Shown here piece after piece: positions 27,807 to 36,395 of a stretch of 64,000 nucleotides of DNA. Where the stretch lies: contig JAEUVE010000018.1 of NCBI GenBank assembly GCA_016786865.1, forward strand, positions 124,947 to 188,946. The letters run 5' to 3'. The notes beneath the pieces are model-generated. The model was given only the letters and a program-made list of their open reading frames with translations. It ran no database searches and had not been told where the DNA came from. A program made the position numbers and the translations under genes. Source of the DNA: Sediminibacterium sp. Lineage in GTDB: Bacteria > Bacteroidota > Bacteroidia > Chitinophagales > Chitinophagaceae. Position 1 is the first letter of the stretch. The number at the start of each line of letters is the position of its first letter.

Positions 27807-30482
27807 CTATTGTTGTATCATATCCATACCGCCATTCTGATCGGCCTTGGTATTCTTGCGTTTGAATAAGGTTGCATCAAACTTACCAAAGCGATAGCTG
27901 AAGTTGAGTCGCAGGATTTGCGGATCTCTTCTGCGCTGGCTGGTCTGGTTAAAGAAACTGCTTTGTGAATAGGATTCAAACAATTGGGTTCTGAAAATAT
28001 CGTTCATGCTTAAGGTAAGCACACCGGTTCTTCCGTTCTTCCAGGTAAAGTCTTTTCTGATAGCCAGGTCTACACCGTATCTGGGGAGATTGTATCCCTG
28101 AGCCCCGGACTGAGGACCACCACCAAACATCATACCACCGCCACCACCGCCGCCGCCGCGACCACCGCCACCAGTACTTGGAGGCAATACGGTTTTAGCC
28201 ATATAGTCTGCACTCAGCTGAATGGAAATGCCTTTGGCAACTTTAAATGTATTATTCAGTTTGGCAAACCAGCTCAGCTGTTCCTGGCTCAGGTTTTCCT
28301 GTCCCGGAACATTGGCGTTGATTTTTGAATTGAAAAGGTTGAAGCTTGTGGTCATTTCCCACCATTTGGTAACCGGCATTTTGTTGGTCAGTTCCAGGCC
28401 ATATGTGTATGCGTTGTTGGCATTAATGAAAGTACTGAAGTAAGCGCTATCGCCGGGAACCAGTGCGTTGGCATCGCGATACACATAACGGGTAATCAGG
28501 TTGGTAGAATATTTAAAGAATGCAGTAGCAAGGAAATTGGATCCTTTCTTGTAAGCATTGTTCCAGGACATTTCAAAAGAGTTGGTGAACTCCGGTTTCA
28601 AGCCTGCATTGCCAATATTGATGTTCTGCGGATCGGAATAATCAGGGAAAGGCATCAACTGAAAGAAGTTTGGTCTGTTTACTCTTCTGGAATAGTTGAT
28701 CTGGTAATCCTGCTTATCGTTGATTTTGTAGGTGATAAAGGCACTAGGGAACAGGCTCAGTGGATAGCTAACTTTAAAGTTGGCAGAATCCTGTCCTTTT
28801 GAATTCAGCAGAGTGCCGTTGTAGTTGGAACTTTCTGCACGCAGGCCCAGCTGATAACTCCATTTCTTTACTTTAAAACTGTAGGTAGTATAAGCAGCAT
28901 AAACCTGATCGGTGTATTTGTAACGGCTGCTGATTAAGGGGATCAGTTCGTACACATTGGTAGCGTTGTTCATCCGGTACTGATCCAGGATATTGCTGAA
29001 ATCGCGGATAGCGCCTCTTGCACCAGCTTCAAACTTGGTGTCGTCTGAGAATGGATTTTCGTAATCGATCTGGAAAGTATGATTAATGGTATTGCCATTG
29101 CCCAAACCTCTTTGCAACAGCGGAGATCCTTTGGCCGTACCATCCAGAAAATAATTGCGATTGGCGATATTTGATTCGTTATTATTCTTGCTGTTGTTGT
29201 AATTGTAATCTGCAGAAATATTGTGTCCGTTCTTTTCGAAATTGTGTTTGAAACTCAGTTGTGTTCCTACGTTTTCGAAGTTGGCAGTAGAGTTGGTGTT
29301 GATGTTGTTGTATGAACTAAGTGACCCCTTAATGGTAGAATCCACCTTTTGGGTCTGGTCATTGTCGAACTGACCTTTGTTGTAGTTGGCTGTAACAGAA
29401 ATGGTGTTTCTGTTGTCTACAAAATAATCAATACCACCTCTGAAGAAGGCAAAATAGCCATTGTTGGTGGAGTTTTGAACATTGTAAATACTGCTTGGCG
29501 TGGTCAGCAGGTTGTTTCTGTCGGTAATACCTTCTGAAATGGATTTACGCTGGTTATAGCTTCCGCTTCCGGTAAAATTGATCTTGTTCTGACGAAGATT
29601 GATGTCTCCTCCCAGGTTCACTTTGCCACGGGAATCAATACCGGTTCTTAAACCGCCATTGTAACCTGTTTTCTTGTTTTTCTTTAACACGATGTTCAGG
29701 ATACCCGCATTACCTCCGGACGCATCAAATTTGGCAGAAGGATTGGTAATCAGTTCTACCCGATCAATAATATCCGAAGGTATCTGATCCAGTGTGATGG
29801 TAGTAGGTCTTCCGTCGATGAATAAAGTTGGGGCAGCATTTCTTAAAGTAACATTACCATCGATATCTACATTCAGCGCAGGGATATTCCGCATCAGCTC
29901 GGTAGCTGTTTGTCCGGAGCCCATCAGGTTTTTGTCTACATTGAAAATTTTACGGTCGATGCCCATTTCGAACTGGGGTTTGCTGGAAGCGCTAACGGTA
30001 ACGTTCCCCAGATTGGTGGCGTCTTCATCCATTTTAATATTGCCCAGGTCTTTGTCGGCCATACCCAGCAACTGCTGCATATTGGCACCAGAGCGATCCG
30101 TTGGCATCTTGATGCCAAAGCTGATGCTCTTTTCCAGGTTTTTATATCCCAGCGAGCTCATGATCAGTTTGAAGTTTCCAAATACGGGCAGTCCGTCGAA
30201 GCTGAAATCTCCATTGGCAGGGGTAATGGTAGTACCCAGGATGGCTTCTTTCATTTTTTTGGTAGCGGTATCGAATTTGTTGCCTTTCAGCTGAACCGTA
30301 ACACCTTCTATTCCCTTACCTGTTTTGGCATCTACTGCCTTTCCGTAAAAATGGCCGATATTCATGTTTTGACCTCCTCCGCCATTTCTTGCTCCCATCA
30401 TGCCGGGCATCTGTGCCGAGACAAAAGAACTACTGAAAAGTACCAGGGTCAGTATTGCTAATAAATTACGTGTCATAATCAT
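27807..30482 (-). CDS. Outer-membrane beta-barrel protein (TonB-dependent-receptor-like), paralogous to 18227-20689
   Basis: Signal peptide ending VSA|Q; plug motifs MRNIPALNVDIDGNVTLR, FIDGRP, IDRVELITNPSAKFDA.G..GILNIVLKK; RPNFFQL.P..DYSDP.N...GN..LKPE; LNFSYRFG. An alternative start lies at 30476. Confidence 0.87.
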   Translation of the reverse strand: MIMTRNLLAILTLVLFSSSFVSAQMPGMMGARNGGGGQNMNIGHFYGKAVDAKTGKGIEGVTVQLKGNKFDTATKKMKEAILGTTITPANGDFSFDGLPVFGNFKLIMSSLGYKNLEKSISFGIKMPTDRSGANMQQLLGMADKDLGNIKMDEDATNLGNVTVSASSKPQFEMGIDRKIFNVDKNLMGSGQTATELMRNIPALNVDIDGNVTLRNAAPTLFIDGRPTTITLDQIPSDIIDRVELITNPSAKFDASGGNAGILNIVLKKNKKTGYNGGLRTGIDSRGKVNLGGDINLRQNKINFTGSGSYNQRKSISEGITDRNNLLTTPSSIYNVQNSTNNGYFAFFRGGIDYFVDNRNTISVTANYNKGQFDNDQTQKVDSTIKGSLSSYNNINTNSTANFENVGTQLSFKHNFEKNGHNISADYNYNNSKNNNESNIANRNYFLDGTAKGSPLLQRGLGNGNTINHTFQIDYENPFSDDTKFEAGARGAIRDFSNILDQYRMNNATNVYELIPLISSRYKYTDQVYAAYTTYSFKVKKWSYQLGLRAESSNYNGTLLNSKGQDSANFKVSYPLSLFPSAFITYKINDKQDYQINYSRRVNRPNFFQLMPFPDYSDPQNINIGNAGLKPEFTNSFEMSWNNAYKKGSNFLATAFFKYSTNLITRYVYRDANALVPGDSAYFSTFINANNAYTYGLELTNKMPVTKWWEMTTSFNLFNSKINANVPGQENLSQEQLSWFAKLNNTFKVAKGISIQLSADYMAKTVLPPSTGGGGRGGGGGGGGMMFGGGPQSGAQGYNLPRYGVDLAIRKDFTWKNGRTGVLTLSMNDIFRTQLFESYSQSSFFNQTSQRRRDPQILRLNFSYRFGKFDATLFKRKNTKADQNGGMDMIQQ

Positions 30483-30631
30483 AAATTAATTCAATGCAAA
30501 ATTGCATCAGGTTTATATGGGTCTTTTTCGCTTTATACAAACGGTAATAAGACAAATCTGAATGGATAAAGTTTAGTCAAATAGGGTGCCACCTGCCTGT
30601 ACAATCGGTGATTGGCGTTTAAGATCGGTGA

Positions 30632-31231
30632 TCAGGCAATGAGTGTCAATAATACCTGGATCAGTCCAATAACAAAACCCAGTACACCGCCAATAATTTC
30701 TACAAAACGGAACTCTTTGGCCATAATGGCATTCAGCATCTCTTCCAGTTTGTCGGAAGAAAATCCGCTTACTTTTTCAATGACAATTTTTTCGAGATCC
30801 AGCTCTTCCTGCAGGTTATTCATGTAATTCTTCATTATTACAGGAAAGAGTTCGGTTAATTCCGCTATGAAGACTGCTTTCAGCTGATTAATGGTCTTGT
30901 CGCCAATAAACATGCTGATGACCGGCATCTGATCTGCCAGCTTGACCCGTAAAAAATGGTCAATATGCTCCTCCACAAACGGCATTAGTTTCTGAACATT
31001 TGCCGGATTACTGATTTTTGCTTCAATGTCCTGAAAAGAAAGGAGTTCATTACTCACCATTTTCCCCAGTTTTTGGGCAAACTGTTGTTGTCTTTTAGGG
31101 AAGATGCCCTGAAAACGGATGCCAAGGATTCTTTTAGGTTCTCTTGGGTGAAACAGCATCTTAATGGCGATCCAGTTGGTAAACCAACCAATAAAGGCAG
31201 AAATCAGCGGAATCAGGTAAATCAGTTTCAT
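30632..31231 (-). CDS. DUF445-family membrane protein
   Basis: AFIGWFTNWIAIKMLFHP, QGIFPKRQ, EFRFVEIIGGVLGFVIG. Confidence 0.85.
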   Translation of the reverse strand: MKLIYLIPLISAFIGWFTNWIAIKMLFHPREPKRILGIRFQGIFPKRQQQFAQKLGKMVSNELLSFQDIEAKISNPANVQKLMPFVEEHIDHFLRVKLADQMPVISMFIGDKTINQLKAVFIAELTELFPVIMKNYMNNLQEELDLEKIVIEKVSGFSSDKLEEMLNAIMAKEFRFVEIIGGVLGFVIGLIQVLLTLIA

Positions 31232-31246
31232 GCGGGTATAAAATTT

Positions 31247-31279
31247 AAAAACCTATAAAACAGGAGTCTTATAGGTTTT
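31247..31279 (-). terminator. Terminator downstream of tRNA-His
   Basis: Minus strand AAAACCTATAAGAC-TCCT-GTTTTATAGGTTTT (14-bp stem, one G-U pair). Confidence 0.7.
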
Positions 31280-31286
31280 ATTAGGG

Positions 31287-31361
31287 GGAGAACGATGGGT
31301 CTCGAACCCACGGCCTTCAGTGCCACAAACTGACGCTCTAACCAACTGAGCTACGCTCTCC
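31287..31361 (-). tRNA. tRNA-His (GTG)
   Basis: Minus strand G-GAGAGCG-TA-GCTCAGTTGGTTAGAGC-G-TCAGT-TTGTGGC-ACTGA-AGGCC-GTGGG-TTCGAGA-CCCAT-CGTTCTC-C. Cloverleaf with the His identity pair G-1:C73; CCA is not encoded. Confidence 0.96.
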
Positions 31362-31476
31362 GTTTAACGGGCTGCGAAAATAGGATTTTTTTTGAAATAA
31401 CAAACAATCCAAACCTTTGTTAATTGGATATATTCATGATATAATAAAATCTTTTTAGGTTATTTTTGGGCAGATC

Positions 31477-33648
31477 ATGCAAAATTTCAAGCAATTTATG
31501 AAGAGTAGAAAAGGTTTGGTGCTCACAGCCATCGTGTTATTCGGTGCACTTTTTTTTGCGTTCAGGAGTATTGGAGGAAGTAACGCCAATGAAATGGTTA
31601 CGCTTCAGCAGCGGTTACTGAATGCCGTAGGAGCCCTCCTTGAGCAGGAACACTTTAGTCCCAAAGCCATCAACGACGATTTTTCCCGGAAAATATTCAA
31701 GGAGTACCTCGACCAGCTGGATGGCGATAAAACCCTGTTTTTACAGAGCGATATTGATGCCCTGAAAAAATACGAAACCACTATCGATGATGAAATTCAC
31801 GGAGCGCCCCTGGCGTTTCAGCCTGCTGTAAGCGCCATTTATGCAAAGCGGGTAGCTGAAGCGAGTCAGCTGTACAAAGATATACTGGCCAGGCCGTTCA
31901 ATTTTTCAGAAGACGAGTCGGTACAACTGGATGGAAAAAAACTGGCTTTTGCAGGTACCGAAGCAGAACGGGCAGATCGCTGGAGAAAAAAACTGAAATA
32001 TTATACCCTGGAGCGCTATGCAGATCTGCTGGATCAGCGCGAAAAGAACAAGGATCAGAAAGGGTTCATCAGCAAGCCGGACGACAGTCTGGAGGTGGAA
32101 GCGAGAAGCAAAGTGGTTAAGTTTATGGACCGTACGTTCAACCGGATTAAGACCACGTTCAACGAAGAGCAACGCTTCAATTCGTTTGTGAATGTGGTAA
32201 CCAACCTGATGGATCCGCATACCGACTATTACCCGCCGGTAGAAAAAAGAGGATTTGATGAACGCATGAGCAACCAGTTCTATGGTATTGGTGCGCAATT
32301 GCAACAAAATGATAATGGTATTAAAATTGCCAGCCTGGTAACAGGTGGCCCCGCTTGGAAATCCGGTCAGATTGCAGCGGGAGATATGATTGTGAAAGTA
32401 GGACAAGGCAGGGAAGAACCGGTGGATGTTAGCGGATATGAAACCGAAGATGCCGTAAAACTGATTCGGGGCAACAAGGGCACAGAAGTAAGCCTTACCA
32501 TTAAGAAGCAGGATGGAACAAGCAAAGTGGTACATCTGATCCGGGAAAAAATTGAACAAGACGAAGGATTGGCCAGAAGTGCGGTTATCAGGGAAGGAAA
32601 CGATAAAATCGGATACATCTCTCTTCCGGATTTCTATGCCAATTTCGAGGACCAGAATGGGTTTCGCTGTGCAGATGATGTTGCAAAGGAAGTGGCCAAG
32701 CTGAAAGCCGAAAATGTGAAAGGCATCATCATCGATCTGCGATTCAACGGTGGCGGCTCGTTGGTAGAAGCAGTAAAAATGGTCGGTTTGTTCATTAAAA
32801 GCGGAACTGTGGTGCAGGTGAAGGAAAGAGGCGGAAAGGTAGATAGCCGAACCTGGAGAGACAACGACGAGTCTGTTTTATACGATGGCCCTTTAACCGT
32901 TCTGGTAAATGAATTGAGTGCATCTGCCAGTGAAATTTTTGCTGCAGCAATACAGGATTATAAACGAGGTCTGGTTATTGGTAGTACCTCTACCTACGGG
33001 AAAGGAACTGTTCAGCGTCCGATTCCGTTCGGAAAGCCTATTGATTTTTACAGTGGCAGAACTGAGTATGGTGCAGTAACCCTTACTTTTCAGAAATTTT
33101 ACCGGGTAAATGGCGGTTCAACCCAGCTGAAAGGGGTGGTTCCGGATATTATTATGCCCGACTCTTACGAATACATGAAGATCAGGGAAAAAGACAATCC
33201 CAATTCATTGCCATGGGATGCCATTGCCAAAACAGAAATTCAGCCATGGCAGTTTACAGGGTCTACGGATCTGGTTACCATCAGTAAACAGGAACAGGCT
33301 AAAATTAATGATGATGCCAACCTGAATCTGCTGCAGGAAAACCTGCGTTGGCTGTCGAAGAACAGTGAAAATCCGGTAGAACTGAAACTGGATAAATACC
33401 GTGCCCAGCAAAAACAGGTAGTGAACACAGTGAACCAGAACAATCAGCTGCTGAAGCTGAAGCAGGAAATGGATGTGGTTGCGCTGGATGCAGATAAGGA
33501 AAAATTTTACAACAATCCGGATAAGAACAAAGGAATCCGTTATCAGGAATGGCTTAAGTTTCTGAAAACAGACCTGCATATTGATGCCGGGGTAAAAGTA
33601 ATCAAAGAAATTGCCAGGTCAGAAATGACAACTACTGCGCAGAAATAG
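31477..33648 (+). CDS. prc: Carboxy-terminal processing (tail-specific) protease, S41 family
   Basis: DPHTDY, GIGAQL, PDZ domain, IIDLRFNGGGSL, SASASEIFA (catalytic Ser), TYGKGTVQ, KFYRVNGGSTQLKGVVPDI; TATTTTTG box at 31461-31468. Confidence 0.93.
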   Translation: MQNFKQFMKSRKGLVLTAIVLFGALFFAFRSIGGSNANEMVTLQQRLLNAVGALLEQEHFSPKAINDDFSRKIFKEYLDQLDGDKTLFLQSDIDALKKYETTIDDEIHGAPLAFQPAVSAIYAKRVAEASQLYKDILARPFNFSEDESVQLDGKKLAFAGTEAERADRWRKKLKYYTLERYADLLDQREKNKDQKGFISKPDDSLEVEARSKVVKFMDRTFNRIKTTFNEEQRFNSFVNVVTNLMDPHTDYYPPVEKRGFDERMSNQFYGIGAQLQQNDNGIKIASLVTGGPAWKSGQIAAGDMIVKVGQGREEPVDVSGYETEDAVKLIRGNKGTEVSLTIKKQDGTSKVVHLIREKIEQDEGLARSAVIREGNDKIGYISLPDFYANFEDQNGFRCADDVAKEVAKLKAENVKGIIIDLRFNGGGSLVEAVKMVGLFIKSGTVVQVKERGGKVDSRTWRDNDESVLYDGPLTVLVNELSASASEIFAAAIQDYKRGLVIGSTSTYGKGTVQRPIPFGKPIDFYSGRTEYGAVTLTFQKFYRVNGGSTQLKGVVPDIIMPDSYEYMKIREKDNPNSLPWDAIAKTEIQPWQFTGSTDLVTISKQEQAKINDDANLNLLQENLRWLSKNSENPVELKLDKYRAQQKQVVNTVNQNNQLLKLKQEMDVVALDADKEKFYNNPDKNKGIRYQEWLKFLKTDLHIDAGVKVIKEIARSEMTTTAQK

Positions 33649-33696
33649 CCCCTTGTAATAGTTTTGTTTTGTTGCTGACCAGAACGAAAGTGCTAA

Positions 33697-34206
33697 ATGG
33701 AAAATAAACCGGAAAAAAAGTGGTATGCGTTGTATACGAAACCACGTTGGGAAAAGAAAATTGATGCGGCTTTAATCAGAAAAGGCATCGAAAGCTGGTG
33801 TCCGCTTCAAAAAGTGGAAAGGCAATGGTCCGACCGCAAAAAAGTGATTGAAGATCCATTGTTCAAATCGTATGTATTTGTACGGATTTCAGAAACGGAA
33901 AGACGCCATGTGCTGATGACCGACGGTGTGCTAAACTTCGTGCACTATCTTGGTAAGCCGGCAGTAATCAAGGAAGACGAAGTGAACAATATCAAAATGT
34001 ATCTGGCCGAAAAAGATGCCCGTATCACGATTATTTCGGATGAAGGTTTCCGTGAAGGGGAGAAGATTCGTGTAAATTTTGGCGTATTCATGGACAAAGA
34101 AGGAACCGTGATGCGGGGAAACAGAAAAAAAGTATACGTGCAGTTGCAGAGCCTGGGGCAGGTTATGGTAGTAGAATTCCCTGCAGAATATTTGTCTCCG
34201 CTTTAA
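33697..34206 (+). CDS. UpxY-family (NusG-like) transcription antiterminator
   Basis: WYALYTKPRWEKK, WCPL...RQWSDRKKV...PLF.SYVFV, KOW-like EKIRV..GVF...EG. Confidence 0.9.
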   Translation: MENKPEKKWYALYTKPRWEKKIDAALIRKGIESWCPLQKVERQWSDRKKVIEDPLFKSYVFVRISETERRHVLMTDGVLNFVHYLGKPAVIKEDEVNNIKMYLAEKDARITIISDEGFREGEKIRVNFGVFMDKEGTVMRGNRKKVYVQLQSLGQVMVVEFPAEYLSPL

Positions 34207-34214
34207 TTAAAACC

Positions 34215-34955
34215 ATGTTTAAATCCTTATTCCGTCCTGCGCGCATCGAAAGGGATCTTTCTTTTATTGGTGCAGATATGCATTCGCATATGTTGCCGGG
34301 CCTGGACGATGGCGCAGTAACCATGGAAGAGTCTTTGGGCTTTTTCCGGCTGATGCAGGATTGGGGTTATCAAAAATGTATTGCAACACCCCATATATTC
34401 AAAGGGGTACACAACAATTCACCTGAAACCATTCTGGCTGTTTATGAAAAGGTAAAAGCCGCATTGCAGGAGGCAGATCTCCGGATTCAGCTGGAGGCTG
34501 CAGCAGAATATATGGTGGATGAATCCTTCATGGAACTTTTGCAGCAACAACAGCCACTGCTTACCATCGGCGGAAAATATGTGCTGATCGAAATGTCTTA
34601 TGCTGCACCTTCTCCGTTTATAGAGTCTGCTGTTTTTCAATTGAATATTCAGGGTTATAAACCTATACTGGCCCATCCGGAACGATATGGGTTTTATCAT
34701 TTCAACTTCCCCCAATACGAACGTTTGCTGGAAATGGGCTGTGTTTTTCAGGTGAACCTTCTGTCGCTCAGTGGTTATTATGGACCCGAGGTGAAAAAAA
34801 CAGCACTGAAACTGATCCGTGCCGGCAAGGTGCAGCTTATCGGCACCGATCTGCATCATTACAACCATGCAGATGCCATTAAACAATTTACGGTTACCAG
34901 GGAATTTTATGAAATCACCCGCAACATGCAGTTGTTGAATTCATCCCTGTTATAA
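34215..34955 (+). CDS. CpsB/CapC-family PHP tyrosine-protein phosphatase
   Basis: DMHSHMLPGLDDGA, IATPH, AEY, LIEMS, ILAHPERY, FQVNL.SL.GYYG, GTDLHH. Confidence 0.9.
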   Translation: MFKSLFRPARIERDLSFIGADMHSHMLPGLDDGAVTMEESLGFFRLMQDWGYQKCIATPHIFKGVHNNSPETILAVYEKVKAALQEADLRIQLEAAAEYMVDESFMELLQQQQPLLTIGGKYVLIEMSYAAPSPFIESAVFQLNIQGYKPILAHPERYGFYHFNFPQYERLLEMGCVFQVNLLSLSGYYGPEVKKTALKLIRAGKVQLIGTDLHHYNHADAIKQFTVTREFYEITRNMQLLNSSLL

Positions 34956-36227
34956 TTTCCAGTCTACAAGTTGATTGGCCCATTCGGCGCGGTAAGGGGT
35001 GCTTACGCGAATGTAGTTGTCGGTATAACCTTCCATCATACCATCTTTATTGAAGGATTCAAACAGTACTTTACGGGTTTCACCTGCATGCTGCTGTGTA
35101 AAGAATTGCAGCTTCATATAAGAAAGGTTCCTTAAGGCTTTATTGCGTTCGTTCCTGACGTGAACAGGAACAACCGGTTTAAATTCCAAAGCCTTGGTGT
35201 TGGCTCTTTCGGAATAGGTAAACACATGAAGATAAGATACGTCCAGGCTATGCAGGAAATCGAAAGTTTCCTTGAAGTGTTCATCGGTTTCTCCCGGGAA
35301 TCCCACGATCACATCTACACCAATGGCAGCATGGGGCATCAGCTTTTTGATCAGTTGCACCCGATCTGCATATAATTCCCGTTTGTACCGTCTGCGCATC
35401 ATGCCCAGGATTTCGTTGGAACCGCTCTGTAACGGAATATGGAAATGCGGCATAAATTGGTCGCTATTGGCCACCCATTCAATGAGCTCATTGGTTAAGA
35501 GATTGGGTTCTATGGAAGATATTCTGTAACGGTCAATACCGGGAACAGCATCCAGGGCCTTTACCAGGTCGGTAAAATTTTCTTCATGCTTTTTATCGCC
35601 ATCGGGCCCTTTCCCAAAATCGCCCAGGTTCACACCTGTCAGAACAATTTCCTTAACGCCGTCTGCTGCCAGGTCTTTGGCATGCTTTAATACATTGTCG
35701 ATTACATCACTTCGGCTCTTGCCCCTGGCCATGGGGATGGTGCAGAATGAACAGTTATAATCGCAGCCATCCTGCACTTTCAGAAAACTTCGGGTGCGGT
35801 CGTTTTGGGAATAGGAGGCGTTGAAGCCGCTGACTTCCTCAATATCGCAGCTGCAGATTTTGGCAGGATCGCCGGTTTTGGTCAGGGCGCCGATATGGCT
35901 TACAATATTGAATTTCTCTGCTGCACCTAATACCAGGTCTACGCCCGGGATCCGGGCAATTTCGCCTGGCTTCAGCTGGGCATAACATCCGGTTATCACT
36001 ACAAAACTGTCCGGAGATTTTCGCTGAATCCTTCTTACCAGCTGCCGGCATTCCTTGTCGGCATTGTCGGTGACAGAACAGGTATTGATTACATACACGT
36101 CGGCCAGGTCGGTAAAATCCCGCTTTTCGAAGCCTTCCTGCTCCAGTAGTCTGGAAAGGCTGGAGGTTTCTGAAAAGTTGAGTTTACAACCCAGTGTATG
36201 AAAGGCAACTGTCTGTTTTTTGTTCAT
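34950..36227 (-). CDS. mtaB: tRNA t6A37 methylthiotransferase
   Basis: HTLGCKLNFSET, INTCSVT, KVQDGCDYNCSFC radical-SAM motif, RISSIEP, HFHIPLQSG, DVIVGFPGET; TAACTTTG promoter box at 36242-36235. Confidence 0.94.
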   Translation of the reverse strand: MNKKQTVAFHTLGCKLNFSETSSLSRLLEQEGFEKRDFTDLADVYVINTCSVTDNADKECRQLVRRIQRKSPDSFVVITGCYAQLKPGEIARIPGVDLVLGAAEKFNIVSHIGALTKTGDPAKICSCDIEEVSGFNASYSQNDRTRSFLKVQDGCDYNCSFCTIPMARGKSRSDVIDNVLKHAKDLAADGVKEIVLTGVNLGDFGKGPDGDKKHEENFTDLVKALDAVPGIDRYRISSIEPNLLTNELIEWVANSDQFMPHFHIPLQSGSNEILGMMRRRYKRELYADRVQLIKKLMPHAAIGVDVIVGFPGETDEHFKETFDFLHSLDVSYLHVFTYSERANTKALEFKPVVPVHVRNERNKALRNLSYMKLQFFTQQHAGETRKVLFESFNKDGMMEGYTDNYIRVSTPYRAEWANQLVDWKL

Positions 36228-36395
36228 TGGGCGGCAAAGTTAAGAAAATACCCCAAAGACCCAACTGCGCGGGCCATCAGGCTTGCAAAACGTTGATTCT
36301 CTAAGATTTTCTTAATTCTCCCCAAACAGGCTGTCCTATTTCAAATTTTAGCTATAATAAACTATGTTTGCCCGTCTTAAAAAACCAAAACCGGT

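Noticed and set aside
31287-31361. tRNA-His as a possible integration site for a genomic island
   Set aside because: No integrase, no duplicated tRNA 3' end and no obvious compositional break on either side.
33649-33696. Invertible promoter or ops-like site upstream of upxY
   Set aside because: Only 48 nt of intergenic DNA, with no flanking inverted repeats and no motif I can recognise as an ops/JUMPstart element.
34950-34955. Convergent stop-codon overlaps (TTATAA here; also 20686-20689 and 63171-63174)
   Set aside because: Common in compact bacterial genomes; no further structure seen.
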